A stretch of DNA of 64,000 bases from an uncultured Acidobacteriaceae bacterium (GCA_963770555.1 CAVYQC010000006.1:105564-169563), one strand, 5' to 3'; shown: positions 28,413 through 38,525, numbered from the stretch's first letter. Translations and numbers: made by a program. Notes: generated by a model not told the origin, from the sequence alone.

Positions 28413-28559
28413 TAGCGGGAAATTCGCGGAAATGCCGCAAAGAGTGGAAAATCGGCGTACTGCTATCGGGGGATTGCGGTCTCCAGGTGATCTGTGGAAA
28501 AGTTTTAAGTCGTGTGGCTATCGAAAGAGCAACCTTTTTCTGCGCCCAGCATCTCATTG

Positions 28560-28719
28560 ATTAACTAGCAGAGGCTTCCCCAAGATGTCCTACCAAAGAA
28601 AGGTTACTACTCCTTTTTGAGGGTCCATTCGTGGACCTCTTCCCAAAACCCCCCCTGGATTCCCTCCCTTAATTGCCTCTCGAAAGGGCCTACCGGAAGG
28701 TAGGCCCATTTTCGTTTTT
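28560..28719 (+). ncRNA. Candidate small RNA with tetraloop hairpins and C-rich linker
   Basis: UUCG-capped hairpin 28622-37, C7 and CCCTCCC tracts, GGAA-capped terminator; no long ORF; 5' end not defined. Confidence 0.4.
28686..28719 (+). terminator. Intrinsic terminator
   Basis: gggcctacc-ggaa-ggtaggccc followed by attttcgttttt. Confidence 0.8.
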
Positions 28720-28817
28720 CAGGCTTTTGGTTCGTCCGAGCCCAGGGTTGCCTGCGGAATCGGTCCTTTGCCGGAGAGAACCGCCGGTGAGCCGCCGCCG
28801 GTAAAATCGGACTTGAG

Positions 28818-29951
28818 ATGCCGTCCTCGTCCAGCTCGAACCCCGCCCCCGGCCTTAAAACCACTGACCTACAGGGGATTGACACGCTGTTTGCCGAAGC
28901 GGGCCTGGCGCGCAGCCGGCGCGGGAAATCCAGCGGCTCAATGCGCGCGGAACGGCTGGATCGCGCCGCCCCGGAGGAGTTCGCCCGCCCGGCGCCAAGG
29001 CCGCGCATTGCCGCCAACGGAGTCCGGTGGCTCCCGGTTCCGGGCTGGGGATTTGCATGGCTTTGGAGCGGATTCAGCACCCGGCTGGCGGGCAGGACAC
29101 GGGCGTATTGCGCCGACGATGCTCCAGGCGAATTGAATCTTGGTTTTACGGCCGAAGACAGCAGGGAAACAGTAGCCGGCAATCGCCAGTTGCTGGCTGA
29201 GGCCGCGACCGGTACGGCTTCAACTCCTCTGGTCACGCTGCGCCAGTTCCATTCGAATCTGGTAGTGCGGGTGTCGGCGGCTGACGCCGGCCGGAAGATG
29301 CCGCGCAGAGGCGACGGATTGATCACCGATCAGCCCGGAATGCTGCTTGCGGTGCAGACCGCCGATTGCATTCCGGTGCTGGTGGCAGACCGCAAGTCCC
29401 GCGTCGTGGGCGCATTCCACGCCGGCTGGCGGGGCACGGTAAAGAGGATTGTCGAGGCCGGCGTTGGGCGCATGAGGCTTGAGTTCGATTCCCGGCCCGG
29501 GGATTTGATCGCGGCAATCGGCCCCGGAATCGGGCCGTGCTGTTACGCCGTGGGCGACGAAGTACTCTCGGAGTTCGAGTCTCAGTTCAGCTACGCGCGC
29601 GAGCTGTTTTGCGAGGTTTCCGACGCGGACGCGGTGCGGATGAAGTATCCGATGCTGTTTCTGACCCAGCGCGCGCCGGGTCACGCCTCCGCCGGCCCCG
29701 GTCTGCATGTCGATTTGATCGAAGCCAACCGGCGCCAATTGCTGGCCTGCGGGATTGCGGCAAAATCGATTCAGGTGGTGGGGAGCTGCACGCAATGCCA
29801 TCCCGGCCTGTTCTTTTCGCATCGCGGCTCGCGCGGGCGCGCCGGGAGAATGATGGCGGTGATCGGCATTCGGAAGCCTGCATGGAACCAGCCCGCTTCA
29901 GGGCGCCGGATCGGGCTCGAGAAACGGAAATCAATGGTGCTCGAGGATTGA
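28818..29951 (+). CDS. pgeF: Peptidoglycan editing factor PgeF / YfiH purine nucleoside phosphorylase (laccase-like domain)
   Basis: QFHSN, GDGLITD, QTADCIPVL, AFHAGWRG, IGPGIGPCCY, FFSHR; start codon uncertain. Confidence 0.88.
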   Translation: MPSSSSSNPAPGLKTTDLQGIDTLFAEAGLARSRRGKSSGSMRAERLDRAAPEEFARPAPRPRIAANGVRWLPVPGWGFAWLWSGFSTRLAGRTRAYCADDAPGELNLGFTAEDSRETVAGNRQLLAEAATGTASTPLVTLRQFHSNLVVRVSAADAGRKMPRRGDGLITDQPGMLLAVQTADCIPVLVADRKSRVVGAFHAGWRGTVKRIVEAGVGRMRLEFDSRPGDLIAAIGPGIGPCCYAVGDEVLSEFESQFSYARELFCEVSDADAVRMKYPMLFLTQRAPGHASAGPGLHVDLIEANRRQLLACGIAAKSIQVVGSCTQCHPGLFFSHRGSRGRAGRMMAVIGIRKPAWNQPASGRRIGLEKRKSMVLED

Positions 29952-30067
29952 GTCGAGCGCATTTCTCCTGCCGGCAGATCGCGCAGCCCGAGCGGAAAAG
30001 TGGCATTCGGCGCGGCCAATGCCACTCCGCAGGATGCGATTAAAGCTTGATCTGAAGGAAAAATACC

Positions 30068-30364
30068 TTAAGACGCGCTGGAAGCCTGGCCTGGATTCAC
30101 CAGGTCACGCAGTTCCTTCGATGGTTTGAAATAGGGAACCTTTTTGGCGGGAACCTCCACGCGCTCACCGGTCTTCGGGTTACGCCCGATGCGGGGATTG
30201 CGCTGGCGAATCCGAAACGATCCGAATCCGCGAATCTCGATTTTGTCACCACTCTGCAAAGCCCCGATGACGGAGCCAAAAATGGTTTCAACGATCACCT
30301 CGCCGTCGCGGCGGGTCAGGTCGCCCAGGCTGGTTACCTTCTCCACCAGGTCTGCCTTTGTCAT
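30068..30364 (-). CDS. ihfB: Integration host factor beta / HU family protein
   Basis: MTKADLV, IEIRGFGSF, GRNPKTGE, PYFKPSKELRD. Confidence 0.85.
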   Translation of the reverse strand: MTKADLVEKVTSLGDLTRRDGEVIVETIFGSVIGALQSGDKIEIRGFGSFRIRQRNPRIGRNPKTGERVEVPAKKVPYFKPSKELRDLVNPGQASSAS

Positions 30365-30605
30365 GACTGTGAGACCTCCGCTCTCAGCATAAAGGGATTC
30401 TGCCTATGAAGGGGTGAAAAAGCAAGCCCCTTGGCTAAATTAGCCTTTGCGGATCAGCGATTTGGCCAGACTTTCCAGGGACCTCAGCCGGGCGCCGCGC
30501 GCTTCCGGCGGGTGCGGTATCATGTCCTGAGACTTTGCGGACAAGAATCGCTCTGGACGGAAGTGTTATGGCCCGAACTCAGGGCCGGATGAAATTCTTA
30601 ACGTT

Positions 30606-31373
30606 ATGTCCTCTCCGCGCTACAGCATCGTGATTCCGGCCTTCAATGAGAGCGCGCGCATTCCCGCGACGCTTCACACCGTGACCGAGTGCGTACGGAG
30701 CCGGGGCTGGTCGGCGGAGATCATTGTGGTCGACGACGGCTCGCGCGACTCGACCGCCGAGGTGGTTCGCGCCTTCGCCGCCGGAGCACCGGAGGTGCGT
30801 CTCCTCAAGAATCCCGGCAATCGGGGCAAGGGCTACAGCGTCCGCCATGGGCTGCTTGCGGCGTTGGGCGAAATCGTGATGTTTACGGACGCGGATCTTT
30901 CCGCCCCCATCGAGGAAGCCGACGGCCTGTTTGCGGCAATCGCCGGCGGCGCCGACATCGCCATCGGCTCGCGCTGGCTGGAGCGCACCCGCCAGACCAT
31001 TCGCCAGCCGCTTTACCGGCAGATTTTCGGCCGCTGTTTCAACGCCGTGACCCGCGCCGTCATGGGATTGCCGTTCGCCGACACGCAGTGCGGATTTAAG
31101 GCTTTTACGCGCGCCGCCGCTCAGACCGTTTTCCAGCTCCAGACCATCGATCGCTGGGGATTCGATCCCGAGATCCTGTTTATCGCGCTCAAGCGCGGGC
31201 TCCGCATCGACGAGGTCCCGGTAAGCTGGGCCCACGACGAGCGCAGCCGCATCAGCTACCTCAAAGACGGCATCAGAATGCTCGAAGACATCGCCATCGT
31301 GCGCTGGAATGCACTGCTTGGCCGCTACACCAGGGACGTTAACCCCATTCATCGAGTCACGGTGGCGAAATAG
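30606..31373 (+). CDS. GT2 glycosyltransferase (dolichyl-phosphate beta-glucosyltransferase-like)
   Basis: IVIPAFNE, VVDDGSRD, NRGKG, FTDADLS, DTQCGFK, WGFDPE. Confidence 0.9.
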   Translation: MSSPRYSIVIPAFNESARIPATLHTVTECVRSRGWSAEIIVVDDGSRDSTAEVVRAFAAGAPEVRLLKNPGNRGKGYSVRHGLLAALGEIVMFTDADLSAPIEEADGLFAAIAGGADIAIGSRWLERTRQTIRQPLYRQIFGRCFNAVTRAVMGLPFADTQCGFKAFTRAAAQTVFQLQTIDRWGFDPEILFIALKRGLRIDEVPVSWAHDERSRISYLKDGIRMLEDIAIVRWNALLGRYTRDVNPIHRVTVAK

Positions 31374-31515
31374 CGTTCACCGGCGCAAAAATAATCTCCC
31401 GGCTCCATCTCAATCCCTGAGACTTCTCTCCGCATTCGTCCGTCCCTCTCCACAGGTTCCGGGATTCCCCCGCATTGCTACCCGGAGCCGCTTCGCTGGT
31501 TGAGAGGAAATTCGC

Positions 31516-31914
31516 ATGATCCGCAAACTTGGGCTCGCAGTCCTGTTTTTCGCGCTCGGCTCCGTGGCCGCAATGGCCGCGGACTTCAACGGCAAGTGGT
31601 CCGGAGAGGTTCAAGGGCGAATGGGCACGCAAACCATCACCTTCGACTTCCACGTCGACGGTACCACCCTTACCGGAAAAGTCACCACGCCGCGCGGCGA
31701 AACCGACATTACCGACGGCAAGGTGGATGGGGACAACATCTCGTTCACGCAGAAGCTGAGCTTCAACGGCAACGACTTTACGATTACCTATACGGGCAAG
31801 GCGGACGGGGACACCATCAAATTCACGCGCCAGATGGGCGACCGTCCCGCCACGGAGTTCGTGGCCAAGAGGGGCGACGCGGCCGCTCCGCCTCCCGCCG
31901 CCCCGCCGCAATAG
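31516..31914 (+). CDS. Small secreted beta-rich hypothetical protein
   Basis: Signal peptide, DFNGKWSG start of mature domain, Pro-rich tail; GAGGA RBS. Confidence 0.75.
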   Translation: MIRKLGLAVLFFALGSVAAMAADFNGKWSGEVQGRMGTQTITFDFHVDGTTLTGKVTTPRGETDITDGKVDGDNISFTQKLSFNGNDFTITYTGKADGDTIKFTRQMGDRPATEFVAKRGDAAAPPPAAPPQ

Positions 31915-31988
31915 CGAATTTCCTCTAGGACCAGCGGCAGACAGGGTGATAGGGTGGACTGAAATCGCGTGGAGGTTTCATCCGCCCT

Positions 31989-33977
31989 ATGGCTTGCCGC
32001 ATTTCGCTGTGCCTGTCCTGGCGCGTGCATACTGTTGTTCTTCTCCTAATCCTGAGTTCCTGGCTGGCTCCGCGATCCCTCCGCGCGCAGACCTTCGATG
32101 CCACCAACCTGCGCTCACCCATCGATCCGCAGGTCCCCTGGCTGCTCCACGCGGGTGACAGTCCCGATTACGCTCGTCCGGATTTCGACGACTCGCAATG
32201 GACGCGCTTCGACCCGACAACCTCGCTGAAAGCCGTTTTTCCAAACAGGCATCCGGAGATCGTCTGGTACCGGCTGCATGTGAAGGTTGCGCCCGATGAG
32301 ACCGGGCTGGCGCTTTCGGAGTGGAACATCTCGAGCGCATTCGAGATCTATGTAAACGGGCAGAAGATCGTCCAGACCGGGCAGGTCGCGCCGTTCGTTC
32401 CCTACACGTTCGACGGCCGGCTGCTGAAGCGCATTCCCGATGCGGAGATCGCCACCGGCTCGCTGGTCTTCGCCATGCGGGTGCACATCTCGCCGCTGGA
32501 CTGGACCGGGGCATTTCCCGGCTATTACTACACCAACTTCACCCTCGGCCAGCAGGAAGCGCTCAGCGATCACCTTTGGATGCATGTGATCGGCGAGAAC
32601 GCATTTGCATGGTTTTACATGCTGGTCGGGCTCGGATTGGGAGTTGTCGCGCTGGCTCTGTTTGTGGCCCAGCCGCGGCAGCGCGAATATCTCTGGATAT
32701 TCCTGCTATTTTTCAGTGGAGCGCTGGGCATGCCTTCCACGTTTTACCGGCTGTTTCACAACGTTCCCGCCGCGTGGGAGTACGTTCGCCAGTCCCTGCA
32801 AATCGCAAACCTGATTTTTATGATCCTGATGTACTTCGCGTTTCTGCGCATCCGGTTCGGCAGGTGGATTCAAATCCTCCTGGCCGTCGCGACCGCTGGA
32901 ATGCTCATTTCAATGGTCGGGACAGCGCATGGGGTCGGATCCTGGCTCAGCGCCGTCGTGGAACTGACGCCTTTGCTGGCTATTGTTGCAGGAGTCATAC
33001 CTGTACTGCTTGTCATCCACCTGCGCCGCGGCAACCGCGAGGCGGGCATCCTGCTGGTTCCCTCGATTCTTTCCAGTCTCAGCTTCTATCTGTACTTCGG
33101 GCTCTTTCTTCTGCAACGGGTTCCGGCGTTGACGGCCCCCACGGTCCGCTTCGAGCTCTGGCTTCAGGCTCTGAAGCTGGGGCCGCTGGTGCTGAATACC
33201 AGCGATCTCGGCGCTTGTCTCTTCGTGCTTTCGCTGGCCGTCATCCTGGTTTTGCGCTCCACACGCCTCAGCCACCAGCAAGCTCTGATGGAGGGCGAAC
33301 TGGCCGCGGCGCGCGAAGTGCAGCAGGTAATTTTGCCCGAGCAGATCGAAATCGTCCCCGGCTTTCAGATTGAAAGCATCTACCAGCCGGCGCAGCAGGT
33401 GGGCGGCGACTTCTTTCAGATTCTGCCTGCGCCCGAGGGCGCCCTGCTGCTGGTGATCGGCGACGTAACCGGCAAGGGATTGCCCGCGGCCATGCTGGTC
33501 TCGGTACTGGTTGGAGCGATTCGCGGCGTGGCCGAATACACATCCGATCCGGCCGAACTGCTCGCGAATCTGAACCAAAGGCTCATCGGCCGCACCAGTG
33601 GCGGCTTTTCAACCGCGCTGGTGGCGCGCATTGCCGCCAACGGGCAGGTGGTCCTTGCCAACGCCGGTCATCTTTCGCCTTATCTCGATGGCAGGGAAGT
33701 GGAATTGCCCGGCGCGCTGCCCTTGGGAGTCAAGCCGGAGGTGCGCTACGAAACCATCCGCTTCTCACTGCCCGCAGGCAGCCGCCTCACCTTCTACTCC
33801 GATGGAATTGTCGAGGCGCAAAACACCCTCGGCGAGCTCTTCGGCTTCGAGCGGGGACGGGCGCTTTCCACCCAGCCCGTTACCGCCATCGTCGAAGCCG
33901 CAAAGCACTTCGGCCAGCAGGACGACATGACCGTCATTGCTATTACCCGCGATGCGGCCGTGGCCACCGCGGCGTGA
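31989..33977 (+). CDS. Membrane SpoIIE/PP2C-type phosphatase with extracellular sugar-binding-like domain and about 7 TM segments
   Basis: W...GDSPDYARPDFDDSQW N-domain; ELAAAREVQ, VGGDFF, IGDVTGKG, NAGH, YSDG, QQDDMT. Confidence 0.88.
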   Translation: MACRISLCLSWRVHTVVLLLILSSWLAPRSLRAQTFDATNLRSPIDPQVPWLLHAGDSPDYARPDFDDSQWTRFDPTTSLKAVFPNRHPEIVWYRLHVKVAPDETGLALSEWNISSAFEIYVNGQKIVQTGQVAPFVPYTFDGRLLKRIPDAEIATGSLVFAMRVHISPLDWTGAFPGYYYTNFTLGQQEALSDHLWMHVIGENAFAWFYMLVGLGLGVVALALFVAQPRQREYLWIFLLFFSGALGMPSTFYRLFHNVPAAWEYVRQSLQIANLIFMILMYFAFLRIRFGRWIQILLAVATAGMLISMVGTAHGVGSWLSAVVELTPLLAIVAGVIPVLLVIHLRRGNREAGILLVPSILSSLSFYLYFGLFLLQRVPALTAPTVRFELWLQALKLGPLVLNTSDLGACLFVLSLAVILVLRSTRLSHQQALMEGELAAAREVQQVILPEQIEIVPGFQIESIYQPAQQVGGDFFQILPAPEGALLLVIGDVTGKGLPAAMLVSVLVGAIRGVAEYTSDPAELLANLNQRLIGRTSGGFSTALVARIAANGQVVLANAGHLSPYLDGREVELPGALPLGVKPEVRYETIRFSLPAGSRLTFYSDGIVEAQNTLGELFGFERGRALSTQPVTAIVEAAKHFGQQDDMTVIAITRDAAVATAA

Positions 33978-34077
33978 GAGCTATGCGGTACGTAGGGAGA
34001 TTTCAGCGCGGCATTAGGCAAAACGGCCCGAACTTTGATAAACTTGAGGTTCTTAAGTTCAATCGCAGGAAGCCACA

Positions 34078-34449
34078 ATGTCAATCCATCCCGTAATGCA
34101 GCGCCTGGCTGAAAAGCTGAAGCGCACCGATCTGCCGGCCTTTGTGCCCGGCGACCAGATTCGCGTCCAGGTGAAGATCAAAGAAGGCGACAAGGAACGC
34201 TTGCAGGCCTTCGAGGGCCTGGTGATCGCCATCAACAGGGGACCGCAGGGAACCTTTACCGTGCGCAAAATGAGCTTCGGCCAGGGCGTCGAGCGCATCT
34301 TCCCCTTTAATTCCAAGGTCATCGACAAGATCGAGAAGATCCGCAGCTACAAGGTGCGGCGCGCCAAGCTGTTTTACATCCGCGGACTGCGCGGCAAGGC
34401 CGCCCGCCTGAAAGAAATCGACCGCGAAACCGGCAAGGTGCGCGCCTAA
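34078..34449 (+). CDS. rplS: 50S ribosomal protein L19
   Basis: [40 protein letters not shown]. Confidence 0.97.
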   Translation: MSIHPVMQRLAEKLKRTDLPAFVPGDQIRVQVKIKEGDKERLQAFEGLVIAINRGPQGTFTVRKMSFGQGVERIFPFNSKVIDKIEKIRSYKVRRAKLFYIRGLRGKAARLKEIDRETGKVRA

Positions 34450-34479
34450 GCTGCCGCCTCAAAGCCTCTTTTTCAACAG

Positions 34480-34510
34480 AACCCTCAGTTTGAACAACTG
34501 AGGGTTTCTT
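34480..34510 (+). terminator. Intrinsic terminator after rplS
   Basis: aaccctcagtt-tgaac-aactgagggtt followed by tctt. Confidence 0.7.
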
Positions 34511-34542
34511 GCGTGGGGGCTGGCGGTTCTTATACTGAGTGC

Positions 34543-35184
34543 ATGGCCAAATCTCAGCCATGCGAACCCGTATGCGGCTGGAAGCTGGAGCGTGCGGCGC
34601 GCCGCATCGGCGCCCTGCGCGTTGCCGGCCTGGACGAGGTGGGCCGCGGGCCGATGTTCGGACCGGTCGTGGCTGCCGCGGTCATTCTTTCCAAAGGCTG
34701 CTCCCTGCAGGGGTTGACGGACTCGAAAAAATTATCCGAAAAGGCGCGCAACGAGTTCGACCGCGCAATCAGGGCGAACGCCGTGGCCTGGGCCGTGGCG
34801 GCGGTGGATGTGGAGACCATCGACCGCATCAACATCCGCCGGGCTTCGCTGCTGGCCATGCGCCTGGCCGTGGAGCAACTGGCGTTGAGCCCGGACTACC
34901 TGCTGATCGACGGCGTGGATACGATTGACTGGCCGTGCCCGCAGCAGGCGGTGGTGCAGGGCGATGCAACCAGCCTTTCGATTGCCGCCGCGAGCGTACT
35001 GGCCAAGGTGCATCGCGACTGCTTGCTCGTCGAACTCGACCGCCAGTACCCCGGCTACGGCCTGGCGCGCCACAAAGGCTACTGCTCGGCCGAGCACTTG
35101 GAGGCGCTTAAGCGGCTTGGACCCACGCCGCTGCACAGGAAGAGTTTTTCTCCGGTGGCGCAGACAGTGCTGCGCTTCGACTGA
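34543..35184 (+). CDS. rnhB: Ribonuclease HII
   Basis: GLDEVGRGP, DSKKL, LLIDG, GDATSLSIAAASVLAKV, HKGY, HRKSF; TATACT lies 6 nt before the ATG. Confidence 0.95.
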   Translation: MAKSQPCEPVCGWKLERAARRIGALRVAGLDEVGRGPMFGPVVAAAVILSKGCSLQGLTDSKKLSEKARNEFDRAIRANAVAWAVAAVDVETIDRINIRRASLLAMRLAVEQLALSPDYLLIDGVDTIDWPCPQQAVVQGDATSLSIAAASVLAKVHRDCLLVELDRQYPGYGLARHKGYCSAEHLEALKRLGPTPLHRKSFSPVAQTVLRFD

Positions 35185-35188
35185 GTCG

Positions 35189-35220
35189 GTGTGCCCCAGG
35201 TCCCGATTTTGGGACCTGGG
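35189..35220. repeat. REP-like palindrome between convergent genes
   Basis: gtgtgc-cccaggtccc-gatttt-gggacctggg, perfect 10-bp stem with a GTGC foot. Confidence 0.7.
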
Positions 35221-35257
35221 AAAGCACGAGCCTCAACCCACGCCTGCTCGATAGGGA

Positions 35258-35875
35258 CTACGCCGCAACCGCGCGTACCTTCCTGCGTTGCACCCATTCG
35301 AGCACCGGCCGCGCCAGCAAAAGCACCAGCAGCACAAGCGTGAACGGCGCAGGCGAAAGCACCCCGGTTTTCACCTTCCACCAGTAATGAATCGTGGCGC
35401 AGAGCGCGGCCGGATAGATGAGCATGTGCAGCCGGTTCCAGTTCTTCCCGCCGAGTTTGCGGATGGCCCAATTCGTCGAAGTAAGCGCCAGCGGCAGAAG
35501 CAGCAGCCAGGTGGTCGCCCCCATGATGATGAAGCGGCGCTTGGTGATGTCGGTCTTCATGACATTGAGATCGAATCCCGCATAGAGTGCGACATAGGTG
35601 AGTAAATGAAGCGTGGCGTAAAAGAACACGAACAGGCCCATCAAACGCCGGAACCGGATGAGCCAGGCCAGCCGCGGGGAGAGCTTGCGCACCGGCGAGA
35701 TGGTCAGCGTAATGGCCAGCATCCACAGTGCGGAAAGGCCGGTGGTGTTGGCGATCTCCGCCGTCGGGTCGGGACCAAGGCTGTTGTTCACTGCGCCCCA
35801 GAGGATATCGGCGAGCGGACAAAGGCAGGCAAGCCACACCAGCGTCTTGAGAGCGATGAGAGTGGAACGTTTCAT
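35258..35875 (-). CDS. msrQ: Protein-methionine-sulfoxide reductase heme-binding membrane subunit
   Basis: LGPDP, RRLMGL..FFYATLH, LALTS, W.RLH.LIY, IHYWW. Confidence 0.92.
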   Translation of the reverse strand: MKRSTLIALKTLVWLACLCPLADILWGAVNNSLGPDPTAEIANTTGLSALWMLAITLTISPVRKLSPRLAWLIRFRRLMGLFVFFYATLHLLTYVALYAGFDLNVMKTDITKRRFIIMGATTWLLLLPLALTSTNWAIRKLGGKNWNRLHMLIYPAALCATIHYWWKVKTGVLSPAPFTLVLLVLLLARPVLEWVQRRKVRAVAA

Positions 35876-35887
35876 GAGTGCTCAGAA

Positions 35888-35978
35888 AGCGGAGTTAGCG
35901 GAATTAGCAAAAGCCGCTCCGGCGAGTTACGAACACCGCTAACACGCGCGGAGCGCGGCTAACACCGCTAGCTCCGCT
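35888..35978. repeat. Palindromic intergenic element between msrP and msrQ
   Basis: agcggagttagcgg / ccgctagctccgct arms (13/14) with an internal gctaacac duplication. Confidence 0.7.
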
Positions 35979-36962
35979 TCAGAAGTACTTCTTCAGGTTC
36001 ATTCCCGCATACATCGACGCAACCTGGTCGCCGTAGCCGTTGAACATGAGCGTGGTGCGGCGCTGCTCATAAAACGGCAGGCCGATACGGCGCTCGGTCT
36101 TCTGACTCCAGCGCGGATGGTCCACATTGGGATTCACGTTCGAATAGAAACCGTATTCCTCGGGCGCCTGATCGTTCCATGTGGTGGGCGGCATCTTGTC
36201 GACGAATCTTACCGTGACGATGGATTTGGCGGACTTGAAACCGTACTTCCACGGAACCACCACGCGCACCGGAGCGCCGTCCTGGTTGGGCAGCACTTCG
36301 CCATACAAGCCGAAAGTGAGCAGGGTGAGCGGATTCATGGCCTCGTCCATGCGCAGTCCTTCGGAGTAAGGCCAGTAGATGGTGGCGTCTTCGCTGGCCC
36401 ATTTTTCCACGTGGCGGTCGTAATAGGAGAGGAACTGCACGAATTTCGCCGAGGGGAGCGGATCGCATTGCTTGATGAATTCGGAAAGCGAATAGCCCAC
36501 CCAGGGAATGACCATGCTCCACGCCTCCACGCAGCGATGGCGGTAGACGCGGTCTTCGAGGGGGCGCAGCTTGAGCAGCGCGTCGATATCGAAAGTGAGC
36601 GGCTTGGCCACCTTGCCTTCTACCTTTACGGTCCATGGCCGCGTGGGCAGGCCGCCGGCATTCTTTGCAGGTGCGCCCTTGTCCACGCCGAACTCGTAGA
36701 AGTTGTTGTAGTGGGTGATATCGTCGAAGCTCGTCAACTGCTCGCCGGTGGTGGTGAGCGGGCTTGGCACGGTCTGCAGCTTGGTGTCGGCGAAAGCCGC
36801 CGTGCGCGGCTCGAAAACCTGGACAAGACGATCGGCGCCGAGCGCCGCGGCGCCCGCAGCCGCCGCTCCGCGCAAAAAGCGGCGGCGGTTCATGTACTGG
36901 CGATATGCGTCCTTTGACGTAATCTCCGATGACGGAATGCCGGTTGGTTGGCCGATAATCAT
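35979..36962 (-). CDS. msrP: Protein-methionine-sulfoxide reductase catalytic molybdo-subunit
   Basis: SSEIT, RRRFL Tat motif, [41 protein letters not shown]. Confidence 0.95.
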   Translation of the reverse strand: MIIGQPTGIPSSEITSKDAYRQYMNRRRFLRGAAAAGAAALGADRLVQVFEPRTAAFADTKLQTVPSPLTTTGEQLTSFDDITHYNNFYEFGVDKGAPAKNAGGLPTRPWTVKVEGKVAKPLTFDIDALLKLRPLEDRVYRHRCVEAWSMVIPWVGYSLSEFIKQCDPLPSAKFVQFLSYYDRHVEKWASEDATIYWPYSEGLRMDEAMNPLTLLTFGLYGEVLPNQDGAPVRVVVPWKYGFKSAKSIVTVRFVDKMPPTTWNDQAPEEYGFYSNVNPNVDHPRWSQKTERRIGLPFYEQRRTTLMFNGYGDQVASMYAGMNLKKYF

Positions 36963-37082
36963 GGGCGACCTCGCAAGGGGAAGCTCGCGCCTGCATTTAT
37001 TAGACACCCTTCCGGCCCGATGCGTTACAGGATGAGCGCGGAAAGGATGAAGCCGGTTCCGGGAAATCAAAGCGGCTGGCGC

Positions 37083-38525
37083 TCAAAGGCCTGCCGCGAA
37101 GGGCCATTGGCGGAGCCGGCGGGCGCGGACCAGGTAGATCGCCGTTCCAGAGATGGCGATGCACGCGGCCACTTGCAGGCCAAGCAGAGCGTTGCCGCCC
37201 TTCTGTTGCGTTCGCCGGGGATCGAAGAGCATAAACATCAAGCCCGCCATGGCGACCAGCGGCGGCAGCGGGTAAAGCGGCATCTTGAAGGGCCGCTCCA
37301 GCTCCGGGCGCTGCACCCGCAGCAGCATGACGCCGGCCTGTTGAAGGAAAAACTGCAGCAGGATGCGGGTGATGACCAGCATGGTAATCACCTGCGCCAG
37401 CGGGAAGAAGCAAAAGCACGAGGCCACCAGGCCCAGCGCCACAAGCGACCGGTGCGGGATTCCGTGCCTGGGATGGAGGGCAGCCAGAAACCGGAAGTAG
37501 TTGCCGTCGCGCGCCGCGGCATAGGGAACCCGCGAGTAGCCGAGCAGCAACGAAAAGACCGACGCGAAGGCCGTCCAGACAATCAGAGCGGCGATCAGGT
37601 AGCCGGCCCAGAGGCCGAAGGCGGAACGCGCCAAATCGGCCACCAGTTGCACGCGCAGCGCGGCGCTCTGTGCGGCGTGGGTTGCGGCATCGCGCAGAGA
37701 GGGCAGCGCGGCCAGGTTCATGGCCACATAAAACGCGGCGACGATGAGGACGGAGAGCAGAATGGCGCGGGGGATGGTGCGCTCCGGGCGGCGCACCTCG
37801 CCGCCCAGGAAGCAAACGTTGTAGTAGCCCCAATAACAATAAGTGGCGAGCAGCGTGGCCTGCGCAAGGCCGCCCAGCGCACCGGCCAATTCCAGCCCTG
37901 TGGGCGCCCGCGGAATTTGCCAGCCGCCGGCGGCCGCGGCGCGCGCAAAGCCGGAGACGATCACTCCCGCGATGGCTGCCAGCACGCCCGCGAAGAGCAC
38001 CCACGCCAACCGCGTGATCGAACTCAGATTGCGATAGAGCAGCGCGGTCACCAGCAGGCAGGCCGCGGCGGCGGCTAAGCTGGAATAGTGGAGCGCGGGC
38101 AGTGCCGCAAACGGCGCTGAATCGAGGCTGGGCCAGAAGACGGCGAGAAATCCCGAAAGGCCGATGCAGCCCGAAGCGATGGAAAGCGGCGCGGTGAAAC
38201 CAACCTGCCATACATAGAGGAAGCTGATCCAGTTGCCCGCGCCCGCCGGGCCGTAGATTTCGCGCAAGAATGCATACGAGCCGCCTGCCCGCGGAAACGC
38301 CGCGCCCAGTTCAGCCCACACCAGCCCGTCGGCCACGGCGATGGCCGCGCCCAGCACCCAAGCCCATATGGAAAGCCGGTAGCCGGCGGCAGCAATCACC
38401 AGCGGCAGCGTGATGAACGGCCCCACGCCGATCATTTCCAGCATGTTGAACAGCACCGCCGAGCGCAGTCCGATGCGGCGCTGGAGGTGATCGCTGCTCG
38501 CGGAGGTGGGCGAATGGAGAGACAT
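37083..38525 (-). CDS. APC family amino acid permease
   Basis: MIGVGPFIT, ELGAAFPRAGGSY, YWGY, GGEV..PERTIPRAI, RPFKMPLYP. Confidence 0.9.
   Translation of the reverse strand: MSLHSPTSASSDHLQRRIGLRSAVLFNMLEMIGVGPFITLPLVIAAAGYRLSIWAWVLGAAIAVADGLVWAELGAAFPRAGGSYAFLREIYGPAGAGNWISFLYVWQVGFTAPLSIASGCIGLSGFLAVFWPSLDSAPFAALPALHYSSLAAAAACLLVTALLYRNLSSITRLAWVLFAGVLAAIAGVIVSGFARAAAAGGWQIPRAPTGLELAGALGGLAQATLLATYCYWGYYNVCFLGGEVRRPERTIPRAILLSVLIVAAFYVAMNLAALPSLRDAATHAAQSAALRVQLVADLARSAFGLWAGYLIAALIVWTAFASVFSLLLGYSRVPYAAARDGNYFRFLAALHPRHGIPHRSLVALGLVASCFCFFPLAQVITMLVITRILLQFFLQQAGVMLLRVQRPELERPFKMPLYPLPPLVAMAGLMFMLFDPRRTQQKGGNALLGLQVAACIAISGTAIYLVRARRLRQWPFAAGL

Noticed and set aside
29540-29570. GTTCGATTCCC T-loop-like motif (also near 6137 and 59003)
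   Set aside because: Inside coding sequence or lacking acceptor, D and anticodon arms; not tRNAs
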